The translations under genes were made by a program, and so were the position numbers. Below, in pieces: positions 17,205 to 26,243 of a stretch of 55,528 nucleotides of DNA; the first letter of the stretch is position 1, and the number at the start of each line of letters is the position of its first letter. The stretch is from the IMG/VR virus record IMGVR_UViG_3300032236_001351, positions 1 to 55,528 of that record; one strand, 5' to 3'. The stretch is from a virus (taxonomy: Duplodnaviria > Caudoviricetes). Below the pieces are notes generated by a model, which worked only from the letters and a program-made list of their open reading frames with translations, searched no databases and was not told the DNA's origin.

Positions 17205-17483
17205 ATGGTAAAAGAAAAGTTTTCTCATTATTATAAAAAAGTTCCTGGTCAATACATTGATGTTTATCGTGTACTGCAATTATTTGAAGTAACTGACCCA
17301 TGTATTCAGCACGCAGTTAAGAAACTTTTGGTTGCTGGATCTAGAGGAGTTAAAGATATTAATAAGGATATCCAAGAAGCTATTGATTCTTTGGATCGAT
17401 GGAAGGAAATGAGGAACGAAGAAATAGGATCAGAAGTTAAATCTGAAACTAAAGTATTTGAAAAACCTCAATATAAGAGTTGA
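17205..17483 (+). CDS. conserved phage protein (possibly DUF3310-like)
   Basis: HYYK..IDVYRVL..F.VTDPCIQHAVKKLL..G.RG.KD; RBS AAGGAAG. Confidence 0.6.
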   Translation: MVKEKFSHYYKKVPGQYIDVYRVLQLFEVTDPCIQHAVKKLLVAGSRGVKDINKDIQEAIDSLDRWKEMRNEEIGSEVKSETKVFEKPQYKS

Positions 17484-17537
17484 TTTATAAGTTATACTAT
17501 TATATTATAGTATTTTGATTATTAAAAAAGGTGAAAA

Positions 17538-18218
17538 ATGAAGTTAAGTGATCGTACAATATCAGTATTAAAGAATTTCTCTAATATTAATCCTAGTATT
17601 GCCTTTAAGCAAGGAAATGTAATTTCTACAGTATCTCCTGTAAAGAATATTCTAGCAGATTCCATTGTAGAAGAAACCTTCCCTCAAGATTTTTGTATTT
17701 ATGATTTGAATAATTTTTTGAGTCTCGTTAGTCTTTTTAAAGATGGAGCAGATTTGGAATTTGATGAAAATCATGTTTCTATTATTGGTATGGGTGGTCG
17801 TAGTAAGATTAAGTACCGTTTTACTAATCCTTCTATGATTGTTGCTGCCCCTGATAAGCGTCCAAATCTTCCTTCTGTTGATGTTACGTTTTCATTGACC
17901 GAAAAAGATTTTACATGGCTTATCAGAACTGCTCATGTTCTTGGTTCTCCAAATGTAGCAATTGAAAGTGATGGGACCACTGTTAATTTAATTACTTTTG
18001 ATATTGCAGATGATTCTGCCCATAGTAATTCTTTATCTTTAGAAAATGTTGATCCACACGGACATTCATTCAAACTTATTTTCAAAACTGAAAATCTAAA
18101 GATTATTCCCGGTGAATATGTTGTTGAAATTTGTTCTAAAGGAATTTCAAAGTTTAGTGATAATAATAATGGGTTAACATATTTCATCACTCTTGAAACT
18201 TCATCAACTTATAATTAA
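17538..18218 (+). CDS. gp45: DNA polymerase sliding clamp
   Basis: MKLSDRTISVLKNFSNINPSI, FCIYDLNNFL; synteny with gp44/62. Confidence 0.95.
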   Translation: MKLSDRTISVLKNFSNINPSIAFKQGNVISTVSPVKNILADSIVEETFPQDFCIYDLNNFLSLVSLFKDGADLEFDENHVSIIGMGGRSKIKYRFTNPSMIVAAPDKRPNLPSVDVTFSLTEKDFTWLIRTAHVLGSPNVAIESDGTTVNLITFDIADDSAHSNSLSLENVDPHGHSFKLIFKTENLKIIPGEYVVEICSKGISKFSDNNNGLTYFITLETSSTYN

Positions 18219-18229
18219 GGAGAAATATA

Positions 18230-18511
18230 ATGAGTAAGACAGTAGCTTCAACTTTTGGAACTTTTGATGAAGAACAGTTAAAGGTTCTAAAGTCTGGATT
18301 AAAAGAACTTTCTGATGTATTTACTATGCAAGAATCGCAGAAGGAAGTAGTGAAGGAAATTGTTAGTAATCTAAATGAAGAATTGAATATTCCAAAAAAG
18401 ATTATTTCAAAGCTTGCTAAGACTTACCATAAAAGGAATTTTGAATCCGTTTCTATGGAAAATGAAGAATTTGAACTTTTATATTCTGGAATTATTGAAG
18501 AAAATACTTGA
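18230..18511 (+). CDS. dsbA: double-stranded DNA-binding protein (T4 DsbA-like)
   Basis: Helical 93 aa with IPKKIISKLAKTYHKRNF...EEFELLY; strong RBS AAGGAG. Confidence 0.6.
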   Translation: MSKTVASTFGTFDEEQLKVLKSGLKELSDVFTMQESQKEVVKEIVSNLNEELNIPKKIISKLAKTYHKRNFESVSMENEEFELLYSGIIEENT

Positions 18512-18520
18512 TTTGTTTAA

Positions 18521-18534
18521 GGCCAAGGATGGCC
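18521..18534 (+). promoter_or_regulatory. GGA-loop hairpin matching a CsrA/RsmA site
   Basis: GGCCA-AGGA-TGGCC: CARGGAUG with GGA in the loop, 17 nt upstream of the gp44 ATG. Confidence 0.35.
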
Positions 18535-18551
18535 ATTGATGAGATTATATT

Positions 18552-19490
18552 ATGATTAATGATGAATTTATTTGGGCCGAGAAGTATAGGCCAAAAAGAA
18601 TCGAAGAATGTATTTTACCACAATCCACAAAGGAACTTTTCCAGTCGTATATAGATAATAAGAACATCCCTAATCTTTTATTATCGGGACAACATGGTAG
18701 TGGTAAAACTACTTCTGCCATAGCTATGTGTAATGAGATTGGATGTGATTATCTATTCATTAATGGTAGTTCTGAGAATGGCGTTGACGTTTTTCGTAAT
18801 AAGATAACAAATTATGCTTCTTCAGTTTCTATATCTGGTGGTAAAAAGATTATTATACTCGATGAGGCAGAAAGATTATCCGCTAATGCAATGGATGCTA
18901 TGAAAGCTGGGGTAGAAGCTTTTTATAAGAATTGTACTTTTATCATGACTACTAATCATAGGAATCGCATTCCTGGTCCTATTTTGTCTAGATTTACTGA
19001 AGTAGAATTTTCGATTACAAAAAACGAAAAGAAGACCTTGATAATGCAATTTTTTAAGAGAATTTGTACGATTCTAACTAAGGAAAATATTGAATATGAT
19101 AAGGAAGTTCTTGCTGTTCTTATTAATAAGTTTTTTCCTGATTATCGTAAATCATTAGTTGAATTACAGAGATATTCTATTAATGGTAAAATTGATTCTG
19201 GAATTCTTTCACAGGTTGGTGATATTCAACTCAAAGACCTTATTAAGTTTTTAAAAGAAAAAGATTATACAAAGACAAGAAGTTGGGTAGTAAGTAATCT
19301 CGACAGTGATCCCAATACTATTTACAGAAAGATTTATGATGGGTTATATGATTTCTTAAAACCATCATCTATTCCTAACATCATTTTGATCATGGCTCGA
19401 TACCAATACCAAACAAGTTTTGTTGTTGATCCTGAAATCCAATTATTATCTTTTCTCACAGAAGTAATGTTGGAAGGAGATTTTCTGTGA
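18552..19490 (+). CDS. gp44: clamp loader large subunit
   Basis: WAEKYRP, GQHGSGKT, LDEAE, ILSRF, FPDYRK. Confidence 0.95.
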   Translation: MINDEFIWAEKYRPKRIEECILPQSTKELFQSYIDNKNIPNLLLSGQHGSGKTTSAIAMCNEIGCDYLFINGSSENGVDVFRNKITNYASSVSISGGKKIIILDEAERLSANAMDAMKAGVEAFYKNCTFIMTTNHRNRIPGPILSRFTEVEFSITKNEKKTLIMQFFKRICTILTKENIEYDKEVLAVLINKFFPDYRKSLVELQRYSINGKIDSGILSQVGDIQLKDLIKFLKEKDYTKTRSWVVSNLDSDPNTIYRKIYDGLYDFLKPSSIPNIILIMARYQYQTSFVVDPEIQLLSFLTEVMLEGDFL

Positions 19491-19885
19491 GCTTGGATTT
19501 ATTTAAGGAATTACTTCCTTCGATATTACAAACGAAAGAATATATTCTAACAGAAGAAAATCAAAATGATTATAATCCATTTGTGGTTAATAAAGCATTG
19601 ACACAACATATGGATACTCTATATCATGCTAAAATGATGAATATGAATAGTCATTTAGATAATAAGATCCAATATGATTATTTGTTCCATGCTGTAAGAG
19701 GATATAAAAGACCTTATCAGAAATGGATTAAGAATGAAAATAATAAAGACCTTAAGCTCGTAATGGAGTATTATAATTGTTCATCTGATAAAGCAAAAAC
19801 ATTTTTATCAGTCTTAACACAAGATCAACTTAAGATTCTTGAAAAAAGAATGGATAAAGGTGGAAATCCTGGAAATACTAAATAG
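19487..19885 (+). CDS. gp62: clamp loader small subunit
   Basis: YNPFVVNKAL, QYDYL, EYYNCS..KA, DKGG; GTGA overlap with gp44. Confidence 0.9.
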   Translation: MSLDLFKELLPSILQTKEYILTEENQNDYNPFVVNKALTQHMDTLYHAKMMNMNSHLDNKIQYDYLFHAVRGYKRPYQKWIKNENNKDLKLVMEYYNCSSDKAKTFLSVLTQDQLKILEKRMDKGGNPGNTK

Positions 19886-19919
19886 TTGTAATAATAACCA
19901 AAATTTGGAGTTTTTAATT

Positions 19920-20327
19920 ATGACTGATAATGATGTATTCAAAGGATATGGGATTCGTGTTACCTTAGCTGATGAAGATAGTTTTCTTTTAATAAAAGAA
20001 ACCTTAACTAGGATTGGAATCTCTTCAAAGAAAGATAAGATTCTTTATCCAAGTTGTTATCTCCTTCATAAAAGAGGAGAATATGCTATTATGCATTTCA
20101 AGGAACTCTTTTCTTTGGATGGTAAATATTCAGACATTTCTGAAAATGATATCGCCAGAAGAAATACTATTGCCTTGCTTCTTGAAGATTGGGATTTATT
20201 GGATATTGTAGATAAGAAAAGTATTGAAGTTAATACTGTGGAGATGAACCAGATTAAGATTTTATCTTATAAAGATAAAGAACATTATGAGATTCATCAC
20301 AAATATAGTATTGGTAGTAAAAAGTAA
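19920..20327 (+). CDS. regA: translational repressor RegA
   Basis: FLLIKETLTRIGI, SCYLLHKRG, HFKELF.LDG, RRNTIA.LL.DW; ATG at 19920 after GGAG. Confidence 0.95.
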   Translation: MTDNDVFKGYGIRVTLADEDSFLLIKETLTRIGISSKKDKILYPSCYLLHKRGEYAIMHFKELFSLDGKYSDISENDIARRNTIALLLEDWDLLDIVDKKSIEVNTVEMNQIKILSYKDKEHYEIHHKYSIGSKK

Positions 20328-20378
20328 TCCATCGGGGTGGGTCTTGTTTTTTTAATTACAAGTAAAAGAAATTAATTC

Positions 20379-20404
20379 AAAGGGGGTTTACCCCCTTTAT
20401 TTTT
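20379..20404 (+). terminator. intrinsic terminator
   Basis: AAAGGGGGT-TT-ACCCCCTTT followed by ATTTTT. Confidence 0.7.
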
Positions 20405-20445
20405 GTCTTGATATATTATATAATATATTTTTGGGAGATAAAATT

Positions 20446-20640
20446 ATGAAAAATTTGAACAAGAAAACCGAAAAGATCGTTAAGGTTAAGAGTATCTTTA
20501 ATAATGATTTTTATTATTCATCTGAATCATTTCCAACAAAGACCATCGATGGTGAATTATTTGTTGGAGTTAAAAAGAATAAAAATGATAATGAAACTTT
20601 CTTTATGAAGAAAGATAATCTGGAGATTTGTAATGACTGA
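20446..20640 (+). CDS. hypothetical protein
   Basis: ATG after GGAG; overlaps the next gene. Confidence 0.6.
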   Translation: MKNLNKKTEKIVKVKSIFNNDFYYSSESFPTKTIDGELFVGVKKNKNDNETFFMKKDNLEICND

Positions 20641-20986
20641 TGTAAAGGTTAAATATGTTCGAAATGAACAAAAGAGGATTGCATTAACACTTGTTACTTC
20701 TCTTGAACGTAGACAAGATGGTAATTTAGTTAAGTGTGGTTGGGCATTTGCATCTAATCATGATGTATTCAAAAAGAAGGAAGGTAGAGAATTAGCAACT
20801 GAAAGAATGAATTCAGATGATGTTGATTATAGTTATTCTTTTTTTATTGATGAACCGACTCATTATGGAATTACTGATCAGGCTCTTCGGATTGTAGAAA
20901 ATAATATAAAAACTCCAAGAAAATATAAGGAAGAAATTGCTGAATATCTTTGGTGGTTAAATTGGTATAAAAATAATGAAATCTAA
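20633..20986 (+). CDS. hypothetical protein
   Basis: Coupled ORF; D.F.KKEGR..A..R motif seen in small phage proteins. Confidence 0.65.
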   Translation: MTDVKVKYVRNEQKRIALTLVTSLERRQDGNLVKCGWAFASNHDVFKKKEGRELATERMNSDDVDYSYSFFIDEPTHYGITDQALRIVENNIKTPRKYKEEIAEYLWWLNWYKNNEI

Positions 20987-21458
20987 AATGATTAATTATT
21001 ATATGGATATCGCTTTGCGAACTGCTCAACTTTCTTATGCAGAAAAGTTGAAAGTTGGAGCGATCCTAGTTAAAGATGATAAGATTATCAGCCATAGTTG
21101 GAATGGTAGTCCAAGAAATTGGGATAATGTTTGTGAAGATAAAATATATGTTGAAAAATTACATAATCCTTATTTAAACGAGATTATCCTTGAGGATGAA
21201 AATGGATTTTTCTATTTGAAGACCAAACCTGAAGTTACACATGCAGAAGAAGCTATGTTGATGAAGGTAGCTTCTTCAATGGAATCTACGGAAGGTTCTG
21301 TGCTATTCTGTACACATTCTTGTTGCATAAATTGTGCTAAGTTGATCTACGGAGCCAAGATCAATGAATTTTATTATCAAAATGAATACAGAAGTCAAGA
21401 AGGTATTGAATTCCTAAAAAAATGTGGAATTAAGGTTGAGAGAATTCCTCCTAAATAA
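20976..21458 (+). CDS. cd: dCMP deaminase
   Basis: KVGAILV, WNG, HAE, THSCCINCAK. Confidence 0.88.
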   Translation: MKSKMINYYMDIALRTAQLSYAEKLKVGAILVKDDKIISHSWNGSPRNWDNVCEDKIYVEKLHNPYLNEIILEDENGFFYLKTKPEVTHAEEAMLMKVASSMESTEGSVLFCTHSCCINCAKLIYGAKINEFYYQNEYRSQEGIEFLKKCGIKVERIPPK

Positions 21459-21487
21459 TTCTTTGTGTCTTACTTTAGGGGAATAAA

Positions 21488-21847
21488 ATGACCGAAAATA
21501 GTTGGGGATATCATCTAATTCTTGATGTAAAAGGTTGTGATTTAAATAAATCCAAAGATCCCATTTACATTTCTGATTTTGTTAAGGAACTTGTTAAACG
21601 TATTGATATGGTTCCTTTTGGAGAACCTCACGTCCTTCATTTTGGCGAAGGAGAGTTGACTGGGTGGACTGTATTACAATTTATTCAAACGTCAAATATT
21701 GTTGGTCACTTCATAGATTCTAACGGTGATTTGTATTTTGATGTTTTTTCTTGTAGATCATTTGAAAAACAAATTGTTTTAGATATGTTGGAAGAATATT
21801 TCTCTCCAGAGAATATTAAACATGAATTTTTAATTAGACAAGCATGA
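21488..21847 (+). CDS. speD: pyruvoyl-dependent S-adenosylmethionine decarboxylase-like proenzyme
   Basis: WGYHLILD..GC, G.T..QFIQTSNI.GHF, YFDVFSC; self-cleavage serine in TSN. Confidence 0.75.
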   Translation: MTENSWGYHLILDVKGCDLNKSKDPIYISDFVKELVKRIDMVPFGEPHVLHFGEGELTGWTVLQFIQTSNIVGHFIDSNGDLYFDVFSCRSFEKQIVLDMLEEYFSPENIKHEFLIRQA

Positions 21848-21854
21848 GGTTATT

Positions 21855-22163
21855 ATGAGTGAAAAGATTAAGTGTGTTAGGTTGGTTACGGGTGAAGATA
21901 TCATTTGTGAATTAGTTGATAATGGTGAAACGTATATTTTCAGTAATCCAATTCAGTTAGGAATGGTCCCTTCGCAAACAACTGGACAGCCAACTTTTGG
22001 ATTTGTTCCATTCCCTGTTTATGGTAAGGATAGAAAGGATTTTTCTTTAGAAATTTCTAAGAGTCATGTAGTTTTCGTTACTGAAGCTGTCGATGAATTT
22101 ATTGATAGATATCGTTCCATGAATACTGGTATTGTTACTCCTCCAAAGGGTCTTATTATTTAA
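21855..22163 (+). CDS. conserved T4-like protein upstream of gp43 (Sm-like fold)
   Basis: VRLVTGEDII...NP...GIVTP pattern; usual position before the polymerase. Confidence 0.65.
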   Translation: MSEKIKCVRLVTGEDIICELVDNGETYIFSNPIQLGMVPSQTTGQPTFGFVPFPVYGKDRKDFSLEISKSHVVFVTEAVDEFIDRYRSMNTGIVTPPKGLII

Positions 22164-22178
22164 GACCCGGAGGGAGTG

Positions 22179-24767
22179 ATGAGTGACTTTTATTTGAGTG
22201 CCAAAGTATTTGGTGATTCAATTCTATATCGAGGAATACGGAATGGTAAGAAGATTAGTACCAAAATTCCGTATTCCCCCTCCATATTTGTTCCTACAAA
22301 TCAAGAATCTCAGTATAAAACCATTTATGGTGAAAACTTAAAAAAAATTAAACCCGGATCAATCAAAGAAACAAAAGAATATGTCAAAAAGTATGAAGCC
22401 GTAGAGAACTTTAAAATCTATGGTAATACTAAGTTTGAATATTGTTTAATTTCTGATTTATTCCCAGATAAAGTTGAATGGGATATAGAAAAGATTAGAA
22501 TTGGTATTGTTGATATCGAAGTAAATTCTGATCCAGAAATGGGGGGATTTGCTAAAGCAGATGATCCTTTCCAACCAATTACTTCTATTGCTTATAAAAT
22601 TTATGGTAGAAATGAATGCTATCTTTTTGGTTTATATGATTTCGATTGTCCAGAAGGAGTAAAGTATTATAAGTGTAGAGATGAATACGATCTTTGCGCT
22701 AGATTTTTAGATGTTTGGAGTGAAAATTATCCAGATATTTTGTCTGGATGGAATGTTCAATCATTCGATGTTCCGTATCTTGTGAATAGGTTTAAAAGAA
22801 TATTGGGTGATAAGGAAACGAAGAGGCTTTCTCCTTGGGGAATTCTTAGAGATAAAGTAACAAAAACATTCAATAAGAAGCTTAACCGCTACATCGAAGA
22901 TATAACATATACCATATATGGAGTATCAACCCTCGATTATATTATTCTATATAAGAAATACCAGAAGGATGGTGGATCTCAAGAATCGTATAAGTTAGAT
23001 TTTATTGCTGAACATGAGATTCAAGAAAAGAAAGTCGAATATGATGGTTCTCTTCATAAACTGTATATTGAAGATAAACAGAAGTTTTATGAATATAATA
23101 TTCAAGACGTTGTTCTAATTGAAAAATTAAATGATAAATGTCGTTTGTTTGAATTAGGATTGACGATGGCATATGACACAAAAACTAATCATGAAGATAT
23201 TTTCATGCAAACTGTAATGTGGGATGCATTAACTTATGATTATCTAAAAAAGAAGAATATCCAAGTTCCTCCGAATGTAATTGAAGAGGATAAAAAATAT
23301 GAAGGAGCTTATGTTAAACCTCCTTTGACTGGATTCTTTAAATGGATTTCTACTCTTGATGCTACCAGTCTATATCCATCTATCATGATGACAAAAAATA
23401 TTTCTCCAGAAACTATCATTCCAGTAGAACGGTATACTCCAGAGATGCGTAGTATTTTAAGTCAAGGAGTTGGAGTAGAATCACTTCTTAACAAGAAAGT
23501 TAATCTCGATGCACTAAAGGATCAAAATATTACAATCACTCCTAATAATCAATTTTTCACAAGAGAGTTTACTGGATTTGTTCCGGAAATGATCGAAAAA
23601 ATGTTTAATGAAAGAAAGGAATATAAAAAGAAAAAATTGATAGCTGAAAAAGAATATGAATCTATTTGCAAGAAATTGAAAGAAAAGGATGACCCAGAAT
23701 TAAAGGAAACAGCTAGACTTCTAAATCTCGAAGTAGTGAAATATGATAATCTTCAAAATGCAAAGAAGCTTTGTTTAAATTCTTGTTATGGTGCATTTGG
23801 TTCGAAATATTTCAGATTCTTTGATGTTAGAATCGCAGAAGCAATTACTCTCGATGGACAATTAGCAAATCGATGGACTGAAAAGAATATCAATAGATAT
23901 GTAAATGATATAACAAAAAAGAATTCAGATACTGTATTAGCCATGGATACTGATTCAGTTTTGTTTACATTGCAGGATATTATAGAAAAGGTTTGTCCAA
24001 AAGATTATACAACTGAACAAAAAATTAATTTTATTGTTAAATTAGTTGAAAAGAAGATTCAACCAGAAGTGGATTCATTTTGTGCTGAATTAATGGATTA
24101 TACTAATGCATATAAACAAGCGATATCATATAAACTAGAAAAGATTTGTTCTGCTGGAATTTTTGTTGCTAAGAAACGATATGCATTAAATGTTTTTTAT
24201 AATGAAGGTGTTGTATATTCTAGTCCTAAAATTAAAGTAACTGGATTAGAAGTTGTAAAATCATCAACTCCTGCTGTTATAAGAGATACTCTAAAGGAAT
24301 GTATTAAATTAATTCTTGATGAAAAGCAAGATGAGATGATTTCATTTTTAGAAGAGTTCAAGAAATATTTCATGACTTTAAATGTTGAAAAAGTTGCTTT
24401 TCCAAGAGGAGTAAATGGCCTAGACAAATATTACAGTTCATCTTCGATATATGCAGAAAAGACCCCCATGCATGTCAGGGCAAGTTTATTATTTAATCAT
24501 CATCTTGAACAATACAAGATTGATTCAGTATATGAGCAAATCAAAGACGGTGATAAAATTAAATATTGTTACTTAAGATTACCTAATCCCATAAAAGAAA
24601 ATGTTATTGCATTTCCTGATAAATTACCGAAGGAATTCAATCTACAGCAATATATTGATTATGAGAAGATGTGGAGTAAATCTTTTGTGGAACCACTTTC
24701 ATCATTAACAACATTGGTTGGATGGGACATGGAAAAGAAGAATAGTATTGATGATTTTTTTAATTAA
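22179..24767 (+). CDS. gp43: family B DNA polymerase
   Basis: Exo DIE, GWNV..FD, YNIQD; pol LDATSLYPS, KLCLNSCYG, MDTDS, KKRY. No intein or intron visible. Confidence 0.98.
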   Translation: MSDFYLSAKVFGDSILYRGIRNGKKISTKIPYSPSIFVPTNQESQYKTIYGENLKKIKPGSIKETKEYVKKYEAVENFKIYGNTKFEYCLISDLFPDKVEWDIEKIRIGIVDIEVNSDPEMGGFAKADDPFQPITSIAYKIYGRNECYLFGLYDFDCPEGVKYYKCRDEYDLCARFLDVWSENYPDILSGWNVQSFDVPYLVNRFKRILGDKETKRLSPWGILRDKVTKTFNKKLNRYIEDITYTIYGVSTLDYIILYKKYQKDGGSQESYKLDFIAEHEIQEKKVEYDGSLHKLYIEDKQKFYEYNIQDVVLIEKLNDKCRLFELGLTMAYDTKTNHEDIFMQTVMWDALTYDYLKKKNIQVPPNVIEEDKKYEGAYVKPPLTGFFKWISTLDATSLYPSIMMTKNISPETIIPVERYTPEMRSILSQGVGVESLLNKKVNLDALKDQNITITPNNQFFTREFTGFVPEMIEKMFNERKEYKKKKLIAEKEYESICKKLKEKDDPELKETARLLNLEVVKYDNLQNAKKLCLNSCYGAFGSKYFRFFDVRIAEAITLDGQLANRWTEKNINRYVNDITKKNSDTVLAMDTDSVLFTLQDIIEKVCPKDYTTEQKINFIVKLVEKKIQPEVDSFCAELMDYTNAYKQAISYKLEKICSAGIFVAKKRYALNVFYNEGVVYSSPKIKVTGLEVVKSSTPAVIRDTLKECIKLILDEKQDEMISFLEEFKKYFMTLNVEKVAFPRGVNGLDKYYSSSSIYAEKTPMHVRASLLFNHHLEQYKIDSVYEQIKDGDKIKYCYLRLPNPIKENVIAFPDKLPKEFNLQQYIDYEKMWSKSFVEPLSSLTTLVGWDMEKKNSIDDFFN

Positions 24768-24775
24768 GGAATATT

Positions 24776-25189
24776 ATGAGTAAGAAGAAAAATTTGATTG
24801 AAAGTTGGTCGGTATTTGGGGTTAGACAAATCGGTATATCTATGATTAGATATGAAGATGATGAAGGTGGATGTTTTTATAATCCACATATTACCTTCTT
24901 TCTTGAAGATGGTAAAGAATATGATAGTATCGCTGAAATGAAAGTCGTTACTTTAGTTCATGATATTATGATGGATTGTCCATTATGTTTAACAATCAAT
25001 ATGGTTGATATGTATTCAACTTTATATCATGATGCCGGTTTTGCAAAATCTGTTATAATATTAGATGAAGAGTATAATGAAATCGATGTTCTTGATATTG
25101 ATGAAGTTATGGAACATATAACTGAAATGGAAGATTCATCTGAAAATGAGGAGGATGTTGTTATTCCAAAGAACAGAGTATTGCATTGA
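24776..25189 (+). CDS. hypothetical acidic protein
   Basis: ORF with RBS AAGGA. Confidence 0.65.
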   Translation: MSKKKNLIESWSVFGVRQIGISMIRYEDDEGGCFYNPHITFFLEDGKEYDSIAEMKVVTLVHDIMMDCPLCLTINMVDMYSTLYHDAGFAKSVIILDEEYNEIDVLDIDEVMEHITEMEDSSENEEDVVIPKNRVLH

Positions 25190-25221
25190 TATAAATATAT
25201 TAGTCAGATTTGGACCTGACT
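25190..25221 (+). promoter_or_regulatory. late promoter TATAAATA plus short stem-loop
   Basis: TATAAATA at 25190-97; AGTCAG(25202-07)/CTGACT(25216-21). Confidence 0.6.
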
Positions 25222-25255
25222 CAAAATACGATAAATCCTATTTTAAAGAGAATAT

Positions 25256-26242
25256 ATGAATAGAGAAAAAAATAAAGCCCTTCCAGTATTAACGTTCAAG
25301 TTAATGCTAAAACAACACTGGGAAACAGGAATAAATTATCTATGTATAACAAAAAGAGATAATTGGTATGATTATACTGGTTCCGGTTCAAGATGGAAAA
25401 TTCTTTTAAATGCCCATGAAAGTGAAATATTAACACATTTGTTATTTACCACTGATTCATTGGAGGAATTTACTATAGCTTGTGAATATTACAGCAATTT
25501 ATTTGATGTAGTTAATAATGAAGATTTTGCTAATGTCGTTCCTGAATTGGGATATGAAGGAAATCAAGGAAATCTTCCTGAATGGTGGAAGACCGCTTCA
25601 GAAGAAGATAAAGTAGAAACTAGGAAAAAGATAAAAAATTCTAGAGAAAAAACTTGCTTGGAAAAGTATGGTGAAACAAATACCTTGCGATTAGCAAGGG
25701 AATGTTTGAACGAGTATGTTTTTGAAACATATGGTGTAGAAAATATCATGCAAGTACAAGAATTTGCTGACAAATGTAGAGAATCTGCTATAGAAACCTT
25801 GTTGGAAAAATATGGTGTTGATCATAATATGAAAATACCTGATGTAGCACTAAAGGTCGCAGAGTCTAGAAAACGGAGTCTTTTTGAAAAATATGGTGTT
25901 GAATATTATCTTCAAGTTGACGGAGTTGCTGAACAAGTAAAAAATAAAAGGGAAAATACCATGATGCGTAAATATGGAGTTCCCAACATTTCTATGGTTC
26001 CAGAACATAAAGAAACTGTAGGTAAATTAATAAGTGATGCTCTTCAGAAAAGAAAAGAAGAGACTTGCGAATTCTGTGATTTTGTTAGTAAAAATATTCA
26101 GCAGCACACCATTAGATGTAAATTTAATCCAAATAAGGTTGAAGAGGAAAAGGTTGAATGTCCGTGGTGTACTATTATTGTTGATAAACGTAATGCTGGT
26201 AGATGGCATTTTGATAATTGTAAATTTAAAAAGGTAGATTAA
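25256..26242 (+). CDS. putative homing endonuclease (divergent GIY-YIG-like N-terminus, five KYG repeats, C-terminal zinc ribbons)
   Basis: KQH..TG..YL..T...Y.GSG..W; repeats LEKYGET, FETYGVE, LEKYGVD, FEKYGVE, MRKYGVP; CEFC..H..C and CPWC...RWHFDNCK. Confidence 0.65.
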   Translation: MNREKNKALPVLTFKLMLKQHWETGINYLCITKRDNWYDYTGSGSRWKILLNAHESEILTHLLFTTDSLEEFTIACEYYSNLFDVVNNEDFANVVPELGYEGNQGNLPEWWKTASEEDKVETRKKIKNSREKTCLEKYGETNTLRLARECLNEYVFETYGVENIMQVQEFADKCRESAIETLLEKYGVDHNMKIPDVALKVAESRKRSLFEKYGVEYYLQVDGVAEQVKNKRENTMMRKYGVPNISMVPEHKETVGKLISDALQKRKEETCEFCDFVSKNIQQHTIRCKFNPNKVEEEKVECPWCTIIVDKRNAGRWHFDNCKFKKVD

Positions 26243-26243
26243 A

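Noticed and set aside
22179-24767. Intein, intron or split in gp43 (also checked nrdA, nrdB, gp41, uvsX)
   Set aside because: Lengths and motif spacing are normal and the reading frames are continuous
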